NCBI GenBank assembly: GCA_963722255.1
Contig: CAVRJO010000001.1
Span: forward strand, 81,007-145,006
Source: Candidatus Babeliales bacterium
GTDB lineage: Bacteria; Babelota; Babeliae; Babelales; JANWKD01
Length of the DNA: 64,000 nucleotides
Direction: 5' to 3'
Both the position numbers and the translations under genes were made by a program. The notes below the pieces were generated by a model. It had not been told where the DNA came from and ran no database searches. It saw nothing but the letters and a program-made list of their open reading frames with translations. Shown piece after piece: positions 20,146-29,353 of the stretch (within the stretch, counting starts at the first letter, position 1; the number at the start of each line of letters is the position of its first letter).

Positions 20146-20686
20146 TTATATACTAATGTTACTGGTAATTTTTAGTTTTACATCTTTTATTATTAGTATG
20201 GAGCAAAAGATGCCCCTGAAAAGCGTGCTTGATGCCGCACAAGAATCACAATTGGATTTCAATCATTTCCATGCAAAACATTTATATGACTTCGAACAAG
20301 ATCGTATTAAGGATGCTTTAAAAACTCAAAAAGCAGTTATCAAGGCCAAAATACAATCATTACCAACATCTCCCTTTATACTTAATGAAAAATTGAAAAA
20401 AGGTATTCGGTATTCTCTACCAACAGTCATAACCACATTACTAGGCGCATGTGGCTTATATGAGGTACAGAAAAGTCTTCAAACTGATAATGGGAACTTG
20501 CAGAATTTAGTATATTCTTGTGCTGCTGTTTTTACCTGCGGATATTGCCTAAAGCATACATTGCCCTATTTCAAAATTGGCATTTTCTCATTGTATAAAG
20601 GTTTCTCTTATAAAAAATACTTGGAAACTAAATTAGAAAAAAACAAAGAAGCTTCTAAAAAAATCAATGCTACAACAAACAATTAA
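20129..20686 (+). CDS. hypothetical membrane protein, same architecture as the upstream ORF
   Basis: N-terminal TM (YILMLLVIFSFTSFIISM) and an internal TM; ORF-track start 20120 overlaps the upstream gene, and the first internal Met at 20129 is more plausible. Confidence 0.35.
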   Translation: MNKNLNYILMLLVIFSFTSFIISMEQKMPLKSVLDAAQESQLDFNHFHAKHLYDFEQDRIKDALKTQKAVIKAKIQSLPTSPFILNEKLKKGIRYSLPTVITTLLGACGLYEVQKSLQTDNGNLQNLVYSCAAVFTCGYCLKHTLPYFKIGIFSLYKGFSYKKYLETKLEKNKEASKKINATTNN

Positions 20687-20749
20687 TTTTCAAAATAGTT
20701 ATTTTTAGGTTGATTTTATACGTAAAATAAAGTAATTTTATCTTCGTAC

Positions 20750-20826
20750 GGTGAGCGTAGCTCAGTTGGTAGAGCATCAGGTTGTGGTTCTGAGGGTCGT
20801 GGGTTCGATCCCCACCGCTCACCCCA
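20750..20826 (+). tRNA. tRNA-His (GTG) with genomically encoded G-1
   Basis: Cloverleaf by hand: G(-1)+GTGAGCG acceptor, D-arm GCTC/GAGC, anticodon arm TCAGG-TTGTGGT-TCTGA (anticodon GTG), T-arm GTGGG-TTCGATC-CCCAC, C73, CCA encoded. Confidence 0.9.
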
Positions 20827-20910
20827 AATAAGCGCAAAAAAAGAAGTTGCCTTAATCAGAAAAAAAATATAAAGTGGTCTTGGTTGATTGAATAAATCTG
20901 AATTTAACGT

Positions 20911-20986
20911 CGGGGCGTGGCGCAATTGGTAGCGCACTCGCTTTGGGAGCGAGGGGTTGCCAGTTCGAGTCTGGCCGCCCCGACCA
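20911..20986 (+). tRNA. tRNA-Pro (TGG)
   Basis: Acceptor CGGGGCG/CGCCCCG, anticodon arm CTCGC-TTTGGGA-GCGAG (anticodon TGG), T-arm GCCAG-TTCGAGT-CTGGC, A73, CCA encoded; closely resembles canonical bacterial tRNA-Pro. Confidence 0.9.
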
Positions 20987-21042
20987 TTAGTTTCAAAAAA
21001 AGTAGTAAAGAAATTCAAAACTGTTCTATAAGGTTACCTTTC

Positions 21043-21306
21043 ATGAAGAAATTCTTTGTAGTCATCTGCTTATTATCAGCAACTTTATCACTGACCATGT
21101 CGATGAATGAGCAAAAAGTAATTCAAATGATAGCTAACAATCATCCCCGCTCTGTTGATGAATTTATTGAATACTATGAACCATGCACTCTTTTACTGAG
21201 TGGTGCATGTTCAAAAATTTTAGCGGTCGGCAATGACTTATTAAAACAAATTGAGCTTCTTAATCGAGCATTTAATGCTTCTGAACAAAAAATAAAGCAG
21301 GATTAA
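21043..21306 (+). CDS. small hypothetical secreted protein
   Basis: Start chosen at internal Met (MKKFFVVICLLSATLSLTMS) downstream of tRNA-Pro; the ORF-track start 20917 overlaps the tRNA. Confidence 0.35.
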   Translation: MKKFFVVICLLSATLSLTMSMNEQKVIQMIANNHPRSVDEFIEYYEPCTLLLSGACSKILAVGNDLLKQIELLNRAFNASEQKIKQD

Positions 21307-21310
21307 TATC

Positions 21311-22189
21311 GTGAATACCGTAAAAAGAATAGTTCTATCGCTTCTCTTTATTGTTAGTAGTTATATCTCTCAATCATGGTGTGATTTAAATGACTTACCC
21401 ATCATTCAAGAATCAAATGATTTTATTATGAAATCAATCAACGAAATGAATGAAGAACTATTTACACCAAAAACATTACAGATACTGTGTAATATTTTCT
21501 TTTCAGCATTTGAATATGCTCGATTTGATTTGGAATCAAATTTTCTTAAAAGATCAATCATAACAGAACTGGATAAACTTACTAAGGAATCAGCTTGTGC
21601 TACTTGTGCATTTAACAAGTCACTAAAAATGCTTGATCAGTACGAAAAAAATAAAAAACTCGCTTTGCAACGCTGGAATCATGTTTCTGCCTTTATGAAT
21701 GAAAATGAAGCGCTTACGGAACTTTTTACGCTCATTGCAACTGCGCGTTTAGAATTCTTGAATACCGTTGTAAAAAATAACTCTGATGAGATTTCAGTTC
21801 TTATAACATCATTACTCACCGCCACTCGAACAACAACACAAAAAATTCACATAGTTTCAAATTTTTTACAAGCTGCTTCTGAAAAAGCATTACCTATAGA
21901 TTATGAAGAATCTTATGCACAATTAAAAGAGATAGATATTCTTAGCACTATTACACAACAATTAAATAATGAAATAGATTCTTTACGAAGCTCTCTTCAT
22001 GCTTTTGAACAGTATAATGATACCTTTTTAACCTTGTGTGCAATTCTTGATATGCTCTATTTCAATAGGCTTCATGAAATATTGCTTAAAAAATCGGAAG
22101 ATACTGTATATAATACCATTCTTTTTAATGAAAATGGTTTAATTCCTGAAGATGAACGAGTAGATCTATTGCCTTATGCTATTAATTGA
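21311..22189 (+). CDS. hypothetical secreted protein
   Basis: 292-aa ORF with signal-peptide-like N-terminus (MNTVKRIVLSLLFIVSSYISQS); helical, no recognisable domain. Confidence 0.4.
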   Translation: MNTVKRIVLSLLFIVSSYISQSWCDLNDLPIIQESNDFIMKSINEMNEELFTPKTLQILCNIFFSAFEYARFDLESNFLKRSIITELDKLTKESACATCAFNKSLKMLDQYEKNKKLALQRWNHVSAFMNENEALTELFTLIATARLEFLNTVVKNNSDEISVLITSLLTATRTTTQKIHIVSNFLQAASEKALPIDYEESYAQLKEIDILSTITQQLNNEIDSLRSSLHAFEQYNDTFLTLCAILDMLYFNRLHEILLKKSEDTVYNTILFNENGLIPEDERVDLLPYAIN

Positions 22190-23288
22190 TCGACGTTACC
22201 TAAGATACTTTGATTGGTTAAGTTTATTCATTATAATTCTTCTTTCATGCATTAGTCTCCTTTTTGTTTTTAGCGCAACCTATAAGGTTACTCAACCATT
22301 TTCTCTTTTTTTTAAGAAGCAAGCTTTTGGAATAGCCTCAGGATTTTGCATTTATTGCACATTTTGCTTTATTGATTATCGAACACTCTACCGTTGGGGC
22401 TATTTTTTCTATTATATTCTTCTTGGGCTTCTTGTTATTACACTTGTTAAAGGTTCCACGGCAATGGGAGGACAACGTTGGATCAACCTTTTCTTTTTTA
22501 AATTTCAACCTTCTGAATTAGCAAAGCTCTTATTACCTGCATACATTACCTATTATTGCTATACACAAAAGAACTTTCCTCACCTTGATCTTAACCATTT
22601 TATGCCTATAATTACCACCATCTTTATCAGCTTTATTCTCATTTTAAAACAACCCGATTTAGGAACAGCCATTATTGTCTTGCTATCCGGACTTATTCTT
22701 TTATGGTTAGCCGGCATTAATCATAAATTTTTTATTTTGGGAGCACTAATTTTTTGCATAACCACTCCACTTAGTTGGAAAATTCTAAAGCCCTATCAAA
22801 AACAACGAATTATGGTTTTTTTAGGACAAGGAGAACGACACAAGGAACGCTATCAAATAGAGCAATCAAAAATTGCCATTGGCTCAGGAGGCGTTTCTGG
22901 AAAAGGATTTTTACAAGGAACCCAAAATAAACTTATGTTTTTACCTGAAAGTCGTACCGATTTTATCTTTTCTGTGATTGCAGAAGAGTTTGGTTTTTTT
23001 GGCACGATTGTTCTTCTTATTCTCTTTTGTTTACTCTTTTTTCGTATTTTTTACATCATACTCTCAATTAAAAATGCTAGTGCACAACTGCTTGCCACAG
23101 GCCTTTCTATCCATATCGTACTTTCAACCATTATCAATATTGCTATGGTTATTGGATTGTTACCGATTGTTGGGATTCCATTACCTCTGATTAGTTATGG
23201 AATATCGCATCTTTGGATAACATTCGCCAGTTTAGGTTGGTTTAATGGCATTGCAATGCGACGATTTTATATCAACTTTAGTCAGTGA
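22176..23288 (+). CDS. SEDS-family peptidoglycan glycosyltransferase (FtsW/RodA)
   Basis: ~10 TM segments; conserved SEDS motifs ...RTDFIFSVIAEEFGFFG... and C-terminal ...PLPLISYGIS... Confidence 0.8.
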   Translation: MLLIDRRYLRYFDWLSLFIIILLSCISLLFVFSATYKVTQPFSLFFKKQAFGIASGFCIYCTFCFIDYRTLYRWGYFFYYILLGLLVITLVKGSTAMGGQRWINLFFFKFQPSELAKLLLPAYITYYCYTQKNFPHLDLNHFMPIITTIFISFILILKQPDLGTAIIVLLSGLILLWLAGINHKFFILGALIFCITTPLSWKILKPYQKQRIMVFLGQGERHKERYQIEQSKIAIGSGGVSGKGFLQGTQNKLMFLPESRTDFIFSVIAEEFGFFGTIVLLILFCLLFFRIFYIILSIKNASAQLLATGLSIHIVLSTIINIAMVIGLLPIVGIPLPLISYGISHLWITFASLGWFNGIAMRRFYINFSQ

Positions 23289-23364
23289 TTTTTGTATAAA
23301 TTTGCTCTTCATATAACAAAAAAGTAATATAATAGCGTAGCTTTCTCTTATTTTTAGTACATAA

Positions 23365-23420
23365 TTCCGAAATATTCTTATGAACACCACCTCCAAAATT
23401 TTCACTTTCCTCTGTGGACC
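23365..23420 (+). repeat. direct repeat copy 1: duplicated 5' end (start codon plus ~13 codons) of the SPFH gene; upstream bracket of the beta-helix gene array
   Basis: ttccgaaatattcttATGaacaccacctccaaaattttcactttcctctgtggac versus 31585..31640 ttccggaatatttttATGaataactcctccaaaattttcactttcctctgtggac; last 32 nt identical; copy 1 reads MNTTSKIFTFLCG then stops after 5 more codons. Confidence 0.7.
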
Positions 23421-23628
23421 TCAAGAAATACGATAGCTCTCATATCTTATGACAAACATTAAGATGCGATCTCTATTTTTTTAAATTTTTAAAAATCTTT
23501 CATTTAGATCTCAAATTATAGTAGATATAGTAAACAGGCATTGTTAATGCTGTAGTACAAAAATTTAATTATTTTACCTAATAACTATTTTGTATAATAG
23601 TCTTTACTATAAAAAAAGGATTCTATAA

Positions 23629-25695
23629 ATGAAGTTCTCTCTTAAAACCTCTTTAAAAGCAATAGTATTGCTTGCTTGCTCTATCACTATGTTTTGTGGA
23701 TTTATTATATCTGAATGTACAAATAATATATATGCTACTAAACAAAAACCTTTTTCAATGGGTCATGGGAATCAAAAATATAGCGTAATTCCTTGTATGC
23801 TAGATCTTAAAAATATAATACAAGCTCTTATTGAACATCATATTCAAAATAAAATAGAAGATGAAATTCCAGAAGAGTTTTTTATTTGCTACAAAACATT
23901 ACTCGAAGGCAAAAATATATTTTTGACCGAAGATTTATTAAAAGCATTAACCTATATAGCTTTGAAACTTGATGAACTCACTCAGTCCAAAGCTCCTCGA
24001 GAAGATGCACCAAATGGGAATCCAATTGTTGGCCCATTAATTGCTTGTGATATTAGTTCGAAAATTATTTTAGTAAATCAAATAATTAACCTTATTAAAA
24101 ATTGCTGTAATCAATTAGAAGAAGATTTTAATCTTACTTTTAGTTTAGTTACTGATTTAAATACTACGATCACAACGTGCATAACTGTCATTACTGCTTT
24201 AGACTTTTCAGCTACTGCGACAGTATTAGCTGATATACAAAATACTCTAACAGCATGTTGCCAAGAGATAGCAAATGAATTTCAACAAACATGGACCATT
24301 CTAGCAGCTGGATTCAATGAAACTTCAACGGTACTCGCTGATATAAAAAATACCATGACCTCATGTTGTGCGAATACTCAACTAAATTTTCAAGGAACAT
24401 TTACTCTCATTACATCTATACAAAATAGCAAGCGGTGTCCTCCTATTTCACTCTGCTCGCCAATTCAAATTATGGCACCAACAACTATTTCTACACCAGG
24501 TTTTTACTGTTTAAATAACGATATTAGTGGTCAAATTGTTATCAATGCAAATGATGTTACACTCGATTTAAATAGTCATACGATTACCGGAGGAGGTATT
24601 GGATCAGGAAGCGGCATTATTGTCAACTCAGGATTTAATAGGCTTATTAAGAATGGAAATATCACTGCATTTGATAATGGTATTCAATGTATAGGAAACA
24701 CTGATACCGTTATAGAAAATCTTATAATCACAAACTGTTTTATTGAAGGTGTTACCATAAATACAGGAACTGCCATTTTTCTAGATTCATTATCAATACA
24801 TAATATATCAGGAATTGGTGTTCATTTTGTTAATGGAAATGATGCAAGTAGTATAAAAAATAGTACCGTAACACAATCTGAACAAGGATTTGTTTTTGAT
24901 TTTATTTATAACAGCTTAATTCAAAATTGCAATGTTCTTGATTGTAGTTCAAATTTAAACATTACTGCAGGAAACGTTGGCGGTTTTATTATCAATAATG
25001 GAAGCTTTATTCAAATTAATAACAGCTCTGTTAAAAACTATGTAGGGCTTCAACGCATAGCAGGGTTTGCATTAGTTAATGCGGTAGAAAACGTTATTTT
25101 TAGTAACTGTACTGCTCAAAATATTGTTGCAACATTGCCTGGACAGGTCGTTTCAATCGCCTTTGGATATATAGCAGGTTTATTCACATCGCATTTAGAA
25201 TTCACTGATTGCTCAGCTTTATCTGTTACTGCTGATCAAATTGCTGTTTGCTTTGAAATAGAAGGCCCCGGAGTAACGCTTGATAAATGTAGCGCCCAAA
25301 TTTGCACATCAAATAGTATTCTTGCCGATGGTTTTCACTCCATAAGCAATAATGTATCTATAAGTTATTGCCAAGCTTATAAATGCAAACAAAACGGCTT
25401 TAATCTAGATTCATTTAACAATAGTACGGTACTTCAATATTGCCAAAGTGCATACAATAATAATGGATTTATCATTCAAACACCTTCCAGTCTGCTTGAT
25501 AATTGCGTTGCATTTAAAAATAATATTGGATTTAATCTTAATATTGCAGGAATCTCCCTTGTACATTGCTTTGCAGCACAAAATACTACTAATTACACAT
25601 TTTTTGCTAATAATGTACAAAATGCAAATACCCAAGTTAATAATGCCGCCCCTCTCCTTACCGGTCCCTTTGCAGGAGCAAACCTATTTATGTAA
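23629..25695 (+). CDS. secreted Cys-doublet-repeat / right-handed beta-helix-like protein, paralog 1 of a tandem array
   Basis: AGGA SD; signal peptide; 4 spaced CC doublets in repeats (...DIKNTMTSCC...); then ISTPGFYCL...VINANDVTLDLNSHTITGGGIGSGSGIIVNSGFNRLIKNG and ~20-25-aa periodic N/G/I/V-rich repeats; conserved C-terminal tail NANTQVNNAAPLLTGPFAGANLFM. Confidence 0.7.
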   Translation: MKFSLKTSLKAIVLLACSITMFCGFIISECTNNIYATKQKPFSMGHGNQKYSVIPCMLDLKNIIQALIEHHIQNKIEDEIPEEFFICYKTLLEGKNIFLTEDLLKALTYIALKLDELTQSKAPREDAPNGNPIVGPLIACDISSKIILVNQIINLIKNCCNQLEEDFNLTFSLVTDLNTTITTCITVITALDFSATATVLADIQNTLTACCQEIANEFQQTWTILAAGFNETSTVLADIKNTMTSCCANTQLNFQGTFTLITSIQNSKRCPPISLCSPIQIMAPTTISTPGFYCLNNDISGQIVINANDVTLDLNSHTITGGGIGSGSGIIVNSGFNRLIKNGNITAFDNGIQCIGNTDTVIENLIITNCFIEGVTINTGTAIFLDSLSIHNISGIGVHFVNGNDASSIKNSTVTQSEQGFVFDFIYNSLIQNCNVLDCSSNLNITAGNVGGFIINNGSFIQINNSSVKNYVGLQRIAGFALVNAVENVIFSNCTAQNIVATLPGQVVSIAFGYIAGLFTSHLEFTDCSALSVTADQIAVCFEIEGPGVTLDKCSAQICTSNSILADGFHSISNNVSISYCQAYKCKQNGFNLDSFNNSTVLQYCQSAYNNNGFIIQTPSSLLDNCVAFKNNIGFNLNIAGISLVHCFAAQNTTNYTFFANNVQNANTQVNNAAPLLTGPFAGANLFM

Positions 25696-25729
25696 GGTAA
25701 TAGAAAAATATACTATATAAGGAATAAGA

Positions 25730-27556
25730 ATGAAGCATACTATCTATAAAAAAATAAAAACAGTTTTGGGCTTTGTAATAATTGTAGTACCACTCATATG
25801 TTATTCACAAACAAACAGCGATTATTTGCATAATCGTGCTCCTCGAATAGATGCGATAGAATTAGCCGATGGAGCTGTTGTAGGACCATTACTTAATTGT
25901 AATTCAGTAAAAGTTTTAGGATTACTTAACATTTTAAAAAAAGACATCAACTCTTGCTGTATTGAGTTGGAAAATGATTTTATAGGAACATTTACGATTT
26001 TATCAGATATAAAAAATACATTTACAGCGTGCTGCACAATAATCCAAAGTGATATTAATGGGACTTTTACAACGTTATCTGATGTTTTAACTACGTTAAC
26101 GAATTGTTGCAATGAAATAACCAATGAATTTAATCAAACATGGACCATTTTAGCAGCTGGATTTTCAAATACATTCACTGCATATTTTGATTTTAAATCA
26201 ACCTTAACAACATGTTGCGATCAAATCGAAACAAATTTTACAAACATATTCATTGCATTAGAAAATCTTTCTGCTATCTGTCAAGGTTCTGTGTGCAACG
26301 CAATTACCATAACTGCACCAGGAACCATATCCATTCCTGGTTCATATTGTCTTGCTAACGATATTATTGGATCAATAATAATTAATGCAAATAATGTTAC
26401 CTTTGACTTAAATAATCATACAATTTCAGGTTCAGGTGCAGGAAGTGGTGCAGGGATTATACTTAATGCTGGCTCCAATCGCGTTGTAAAAAATGGACGT
26501 ATAACCAATATTGATTCTGGGATTGTATGCAATAACAATAACCAAACAATCTTAGAGGGTATTGTTGTTGAAACAGCATTTGTTGAAGGCATAACCATTA
26601 ATAATGGTAATACTATACTGTTAGATTCTTTAATTACCACAAGCGTCCTTGGTATCGGCGTTCACTTTACCGGTAACAACAACGGTACTCTCATCAATAA
26701 TACGACCGTTACTCTCTCCCAACAAGGTTTTGTTTTTGATACTATAACCAATAGTTTAATTAGGAATTGTAACGTTCTTGATTGTAGCACCACCGTAGTT
26801 ACTCCATTAGGAACCACCGTAGGCGGTTTTACTATTATTAATGGTAGCTTTATACAGTTCGAAAACTGCTCTGTCAAAAACTACATTGGAGTTGACTCAG
26901 TGGCAGCATTCTCACTTAATAATAATGTTAATAACGTAATTTTTAAAGCTTGTACTGTGCAAAATATAATTGCAACTATTTCATCTTCGTTTGGATCCAT
27001 AGCTGTTGGTTTTAATTGTGGCGTTACCAATACTATTCAACTTCTTAATTGTTCTGTTTTAGATGCAGCAGCAGATCTATTTGCAGGTGGTTTTTTATTC
27101 ACAGGATCGAACATACAAGCAGAAAATTGTATTGCGCGCCATTTTACTACTTTTACTATTCCTCCTAGCTCTGGCAATAGTATCGGATTTCAAGTTACCA
27201 ATAATAACGTTATACTAAAAAATTGCGAAGCCTATGAATGCGCCCAAACAGGATTTTTCATATCACCCACAGGAACCCTTATTAATGTTTCACTCATTAA
27301 CTGTCAAGCTGCGTATAATAATTCTGGTTTTTCAACGCAATCAGCAGGTACCATTTTTGAACAATGTGTAGCATTTAAAAATGGCACCGGATTTTTTTCG
27401 TCAGTGGTGGGGGTTTCACCTTTCAGATGCTTTTCTACACAAAACACAACTAATTATGGTGGATCCATTGTCAATGTACAAAATGCCAATACCCAAGTAA
27501 ATAATTCAGCGCTTGGACTCACAGGTCCATTTGCTGGTGGTAATTTATTTATTTAA
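25730..27556 (+). CDS. secreted Cys-doublet-repeat / beta-helix-like protein, paralog 2
   Basis: Same architecture as paralog 1; 34-bp spacer; tail NANTQVNNSALGLTGPFAGGNLFI. Confidence 0.7.
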   Translation: MKHTIYKKIKTVLGFVIIVVPLICYSQTNSDYLHNRAPRIDAIELADGAVVGPLLNCNSVKVLGLLNILKKDINSCCIELENDFIGTFTILSDIKNTFTACCTIIQSDINGTFTTLSDVLTTLTNCCNEITNEFNQTWTILAAGFSNTFTAYFDFKSTLTTCCDQIETNFTNIFIALENLSAICQGSVCNAITITAPGTISIPGSYCLANDIIGSIIINANNVTFDLNNHTISGSGAGSGAGIILNAGSNRVVKNGRITNIDSGIVCNNNNQTILEGIVVETAFVEGITINNGNTILLDSLITTSVLGIGVHFTGNNNGTLINNTTVTLSQQGFVFDTITNSLIRNCNVLDCSTTVVTPLGTTVGGFTIINGSFIQFENCSVKNYIGVDSVAAFSLNNNVNNVIFKACTVQNIIATISSSFGSIAVGFNCGVTNTIQLLNCSVLDAAADLFAGGFLFTGSNIQAENCIARHFTTFTIPPSSGNSIGFQVTNNNVILKNCEAYECAQTGFFISPTGTLINVSLINCQAAYNNSGFSTQSAGTIFEQCVAFKNGTGFFSSVVGVSPFRCFSTQNTTNYGGSIVNVQNANTQVNNSALGLTGPFAGGNLFI

Positions 27557-27583
27557 TTTTAAATACAAAAAAAAGGAATATAA

Positions 27584-29317
27584 ATGAAGCTTATTTCTAG
27601 CAATAAAAATAGATTACTTTGTATTGGTTTGGTTTTGCTTGTATGGTCTCAAGACCTTTTAGGAGACGAAATAAATAGGAAGAATCCAATTATTGTTTGC
27701 GATTTTAATCCTACCATTGAAACGATACTTGAGATAACTACGCTTTTTAATAGTTGCTGTAATCAGTTACAACAAGATTTTAGCGAAACATTTACAACTC
27801 TTAATGACATTAAAAATACCCTAACAACCTGTTGCACTTTAGCTCAATCAGAATTCGATGCAACATTTACTGCCCTTGCAGATTTAAAAAATACTCTTTC
27901 TGCATGCTGCTTTGAAACCACCTTAGAATTTCAGGGAACCTGGACAATATTGGCAGCAGCATTCAATGGTACATTTACCGCAACTGCTGATATAAAAAAT
28001 ACCCTTACGAGTTGTTGTAACATTATTCAGAATGATTTTCAAGCTACCCTTAGTGTTATTAGTTCACTCAGTTCTATCTGCTTGTTTGCTTGTTCAGCTA
28101 TACCTATAACTGCTCCAACAACAATTTCAACTCCAGGATATTATTGTCTTGCAGCCGATGGTGCAGGTCCCATTATTATTAATGCAAACAATGTTACGTT
28201 AGATCTCAATAATCATACGTTAGCAGGAAGTGGCATAGGATCGGGTTCTGGTATTATTGTAAACAGCGGCAATAATAGAATTATTAAAAATGGAAAAATA
28301 AGAAATTTTGATACGGCAATTCTTTGCAATAGCAATATTAATACTCTTATAAACACACTAGAAATTGATACCTGTTTTGTACAAGCAATAGAAATAATAA
28401 GTTCTACTGCAACATATTTAAATAGATTATTAATAAGCAATATAACAGGTATTGGCGTTCAATTTTCTGGATCCAATAATCATGCAAATATACTAACAAA
28501 GGTCACTGTTATTGAAGCACAACAAGGTTTTGTTTTAACAAGTTTTTTTACTGGTTTATTACAAGAATGTGAAGTAATAGATTGTATATCTTCGATCATT
28601 CCGGGTACAACTTTGAATGGTTTTGTTATTAATGAAGGTAATTCTAATCTATTTGATACTTGTTCAGTAAAAAATTTTGCTTCTTCTCGTTCTCGAGGGT
28701 TTGCTTTCAATAATGCATCTACTATAATTCTACGGAATTGCTCAGTGCAAAATCTTGTTACTTCACCCATCTTATCAAATGAAGTGATCGGGTTTGATTG
28801 CACAGCTTCTTCAACCGATATTCAATTGTGGAGCTGTTCTTTACACGATGCTCAATCTTCCTCAGTTTGTACAGGATATGAGTTTGCAGGTAATACCATT
28901 ACCGCAAAAAACTGTTTAGCACAAGCTTGCACATCACTCGGGGTAAATGCTGGAACTGGTTTTGATCTTACTGGAATCAATATTTCTCTCATTAATTGTC
29001 AAGCATTGAGCAATACTCAAAATGGTTTTAATGCTGTAACGAACAATCCAGGTCTTATGCAATACTGCCAAGCTGGTTTTAATGCCAATAATGGATTTAT
29101 CATTGGTGCAAATACCACTACCGGAAATTGTTCATCATTCAATAACAATATAGGCTTTAATGCTCCTTCTAATGCAATTATTTATAACTGTTTTGCATCA
29201 AAAAATAGTACCAACTATGTTGCAACAGTTCCTAATACGGAAAATGCTAATACTCAAGTTAATAAAGCTGCTCCAGGGCTCACAGGTCCATTTGCTGGAG
29301 GCAATGTATTTATGTAA
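27584..29317 (+). CDS. secreted Cys-doublet-repeat / beta-helix-like protein, paralog 3
   Basis: Same architecture; 27-bp spacer; tail NANTQVNKAAPGLTGPFAGGNVFM. Confidence 0.7.
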   Translation: MKLISSNKNRLLCIGLVLLVWSQDLLGDEINRKNPIIVCDFNPTIETILEITTLFNSCCNQLQQDFSETFTTLNDIKNTLTTCCTLAQSEFDATFTALADLKNTLSACCFETTLEFQGTWTILAAAFNGTFTATADIKNTLTSCCNIIQNDFQATLSVISSLSSICLFACSAIPITAPTTISTPGYYCLAADGAGPIIINANNVTLDLNNHTLAGSGIGSGSGIIVNSGNNRIIKNGKIRNFDTAILCNSNINTLINTLEIDTCFVQAIEIISSTATYLNRLLISNITGIGVQFSGSNNHANILTKVTVIEAQQGFVLTSFFTGLLQECEVIDCISSIIPGTTLNGFVINEGNSNLFDTCSVKNFASSRSRGFAFNNASTIILRNCSVQNLVTSPILSNEVIGFDCTASSTDIQLWSCSLHDAQSSSVCTGYEFAGNTITAKNCLAQACTSLGVNAGTGFDLTGINISLINCQALSNTQNGFNAVTNNPGLMQYCQAGFNANNGFIIGANTTTGNCSSFNNNIGFNAPSNAIIYNCFASKNSTNYVATVPNTENANTQVNKAAPGLTGPFAGGNVFM

Positions 29318-29353
29318 TTCTTTTGATAAAAAATGTACTTAAGGAGAACCGTA

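Noticed and set aside
20716-21018. 100-aa minus-strand ORF and the 5' part of the 20917..21306 plus ORF overlapping tRNA-His and tRNA-Pro
   Set aside because: ORFs running through tRNA genes are artefacts. The real protein start is the internal Met at 21043.
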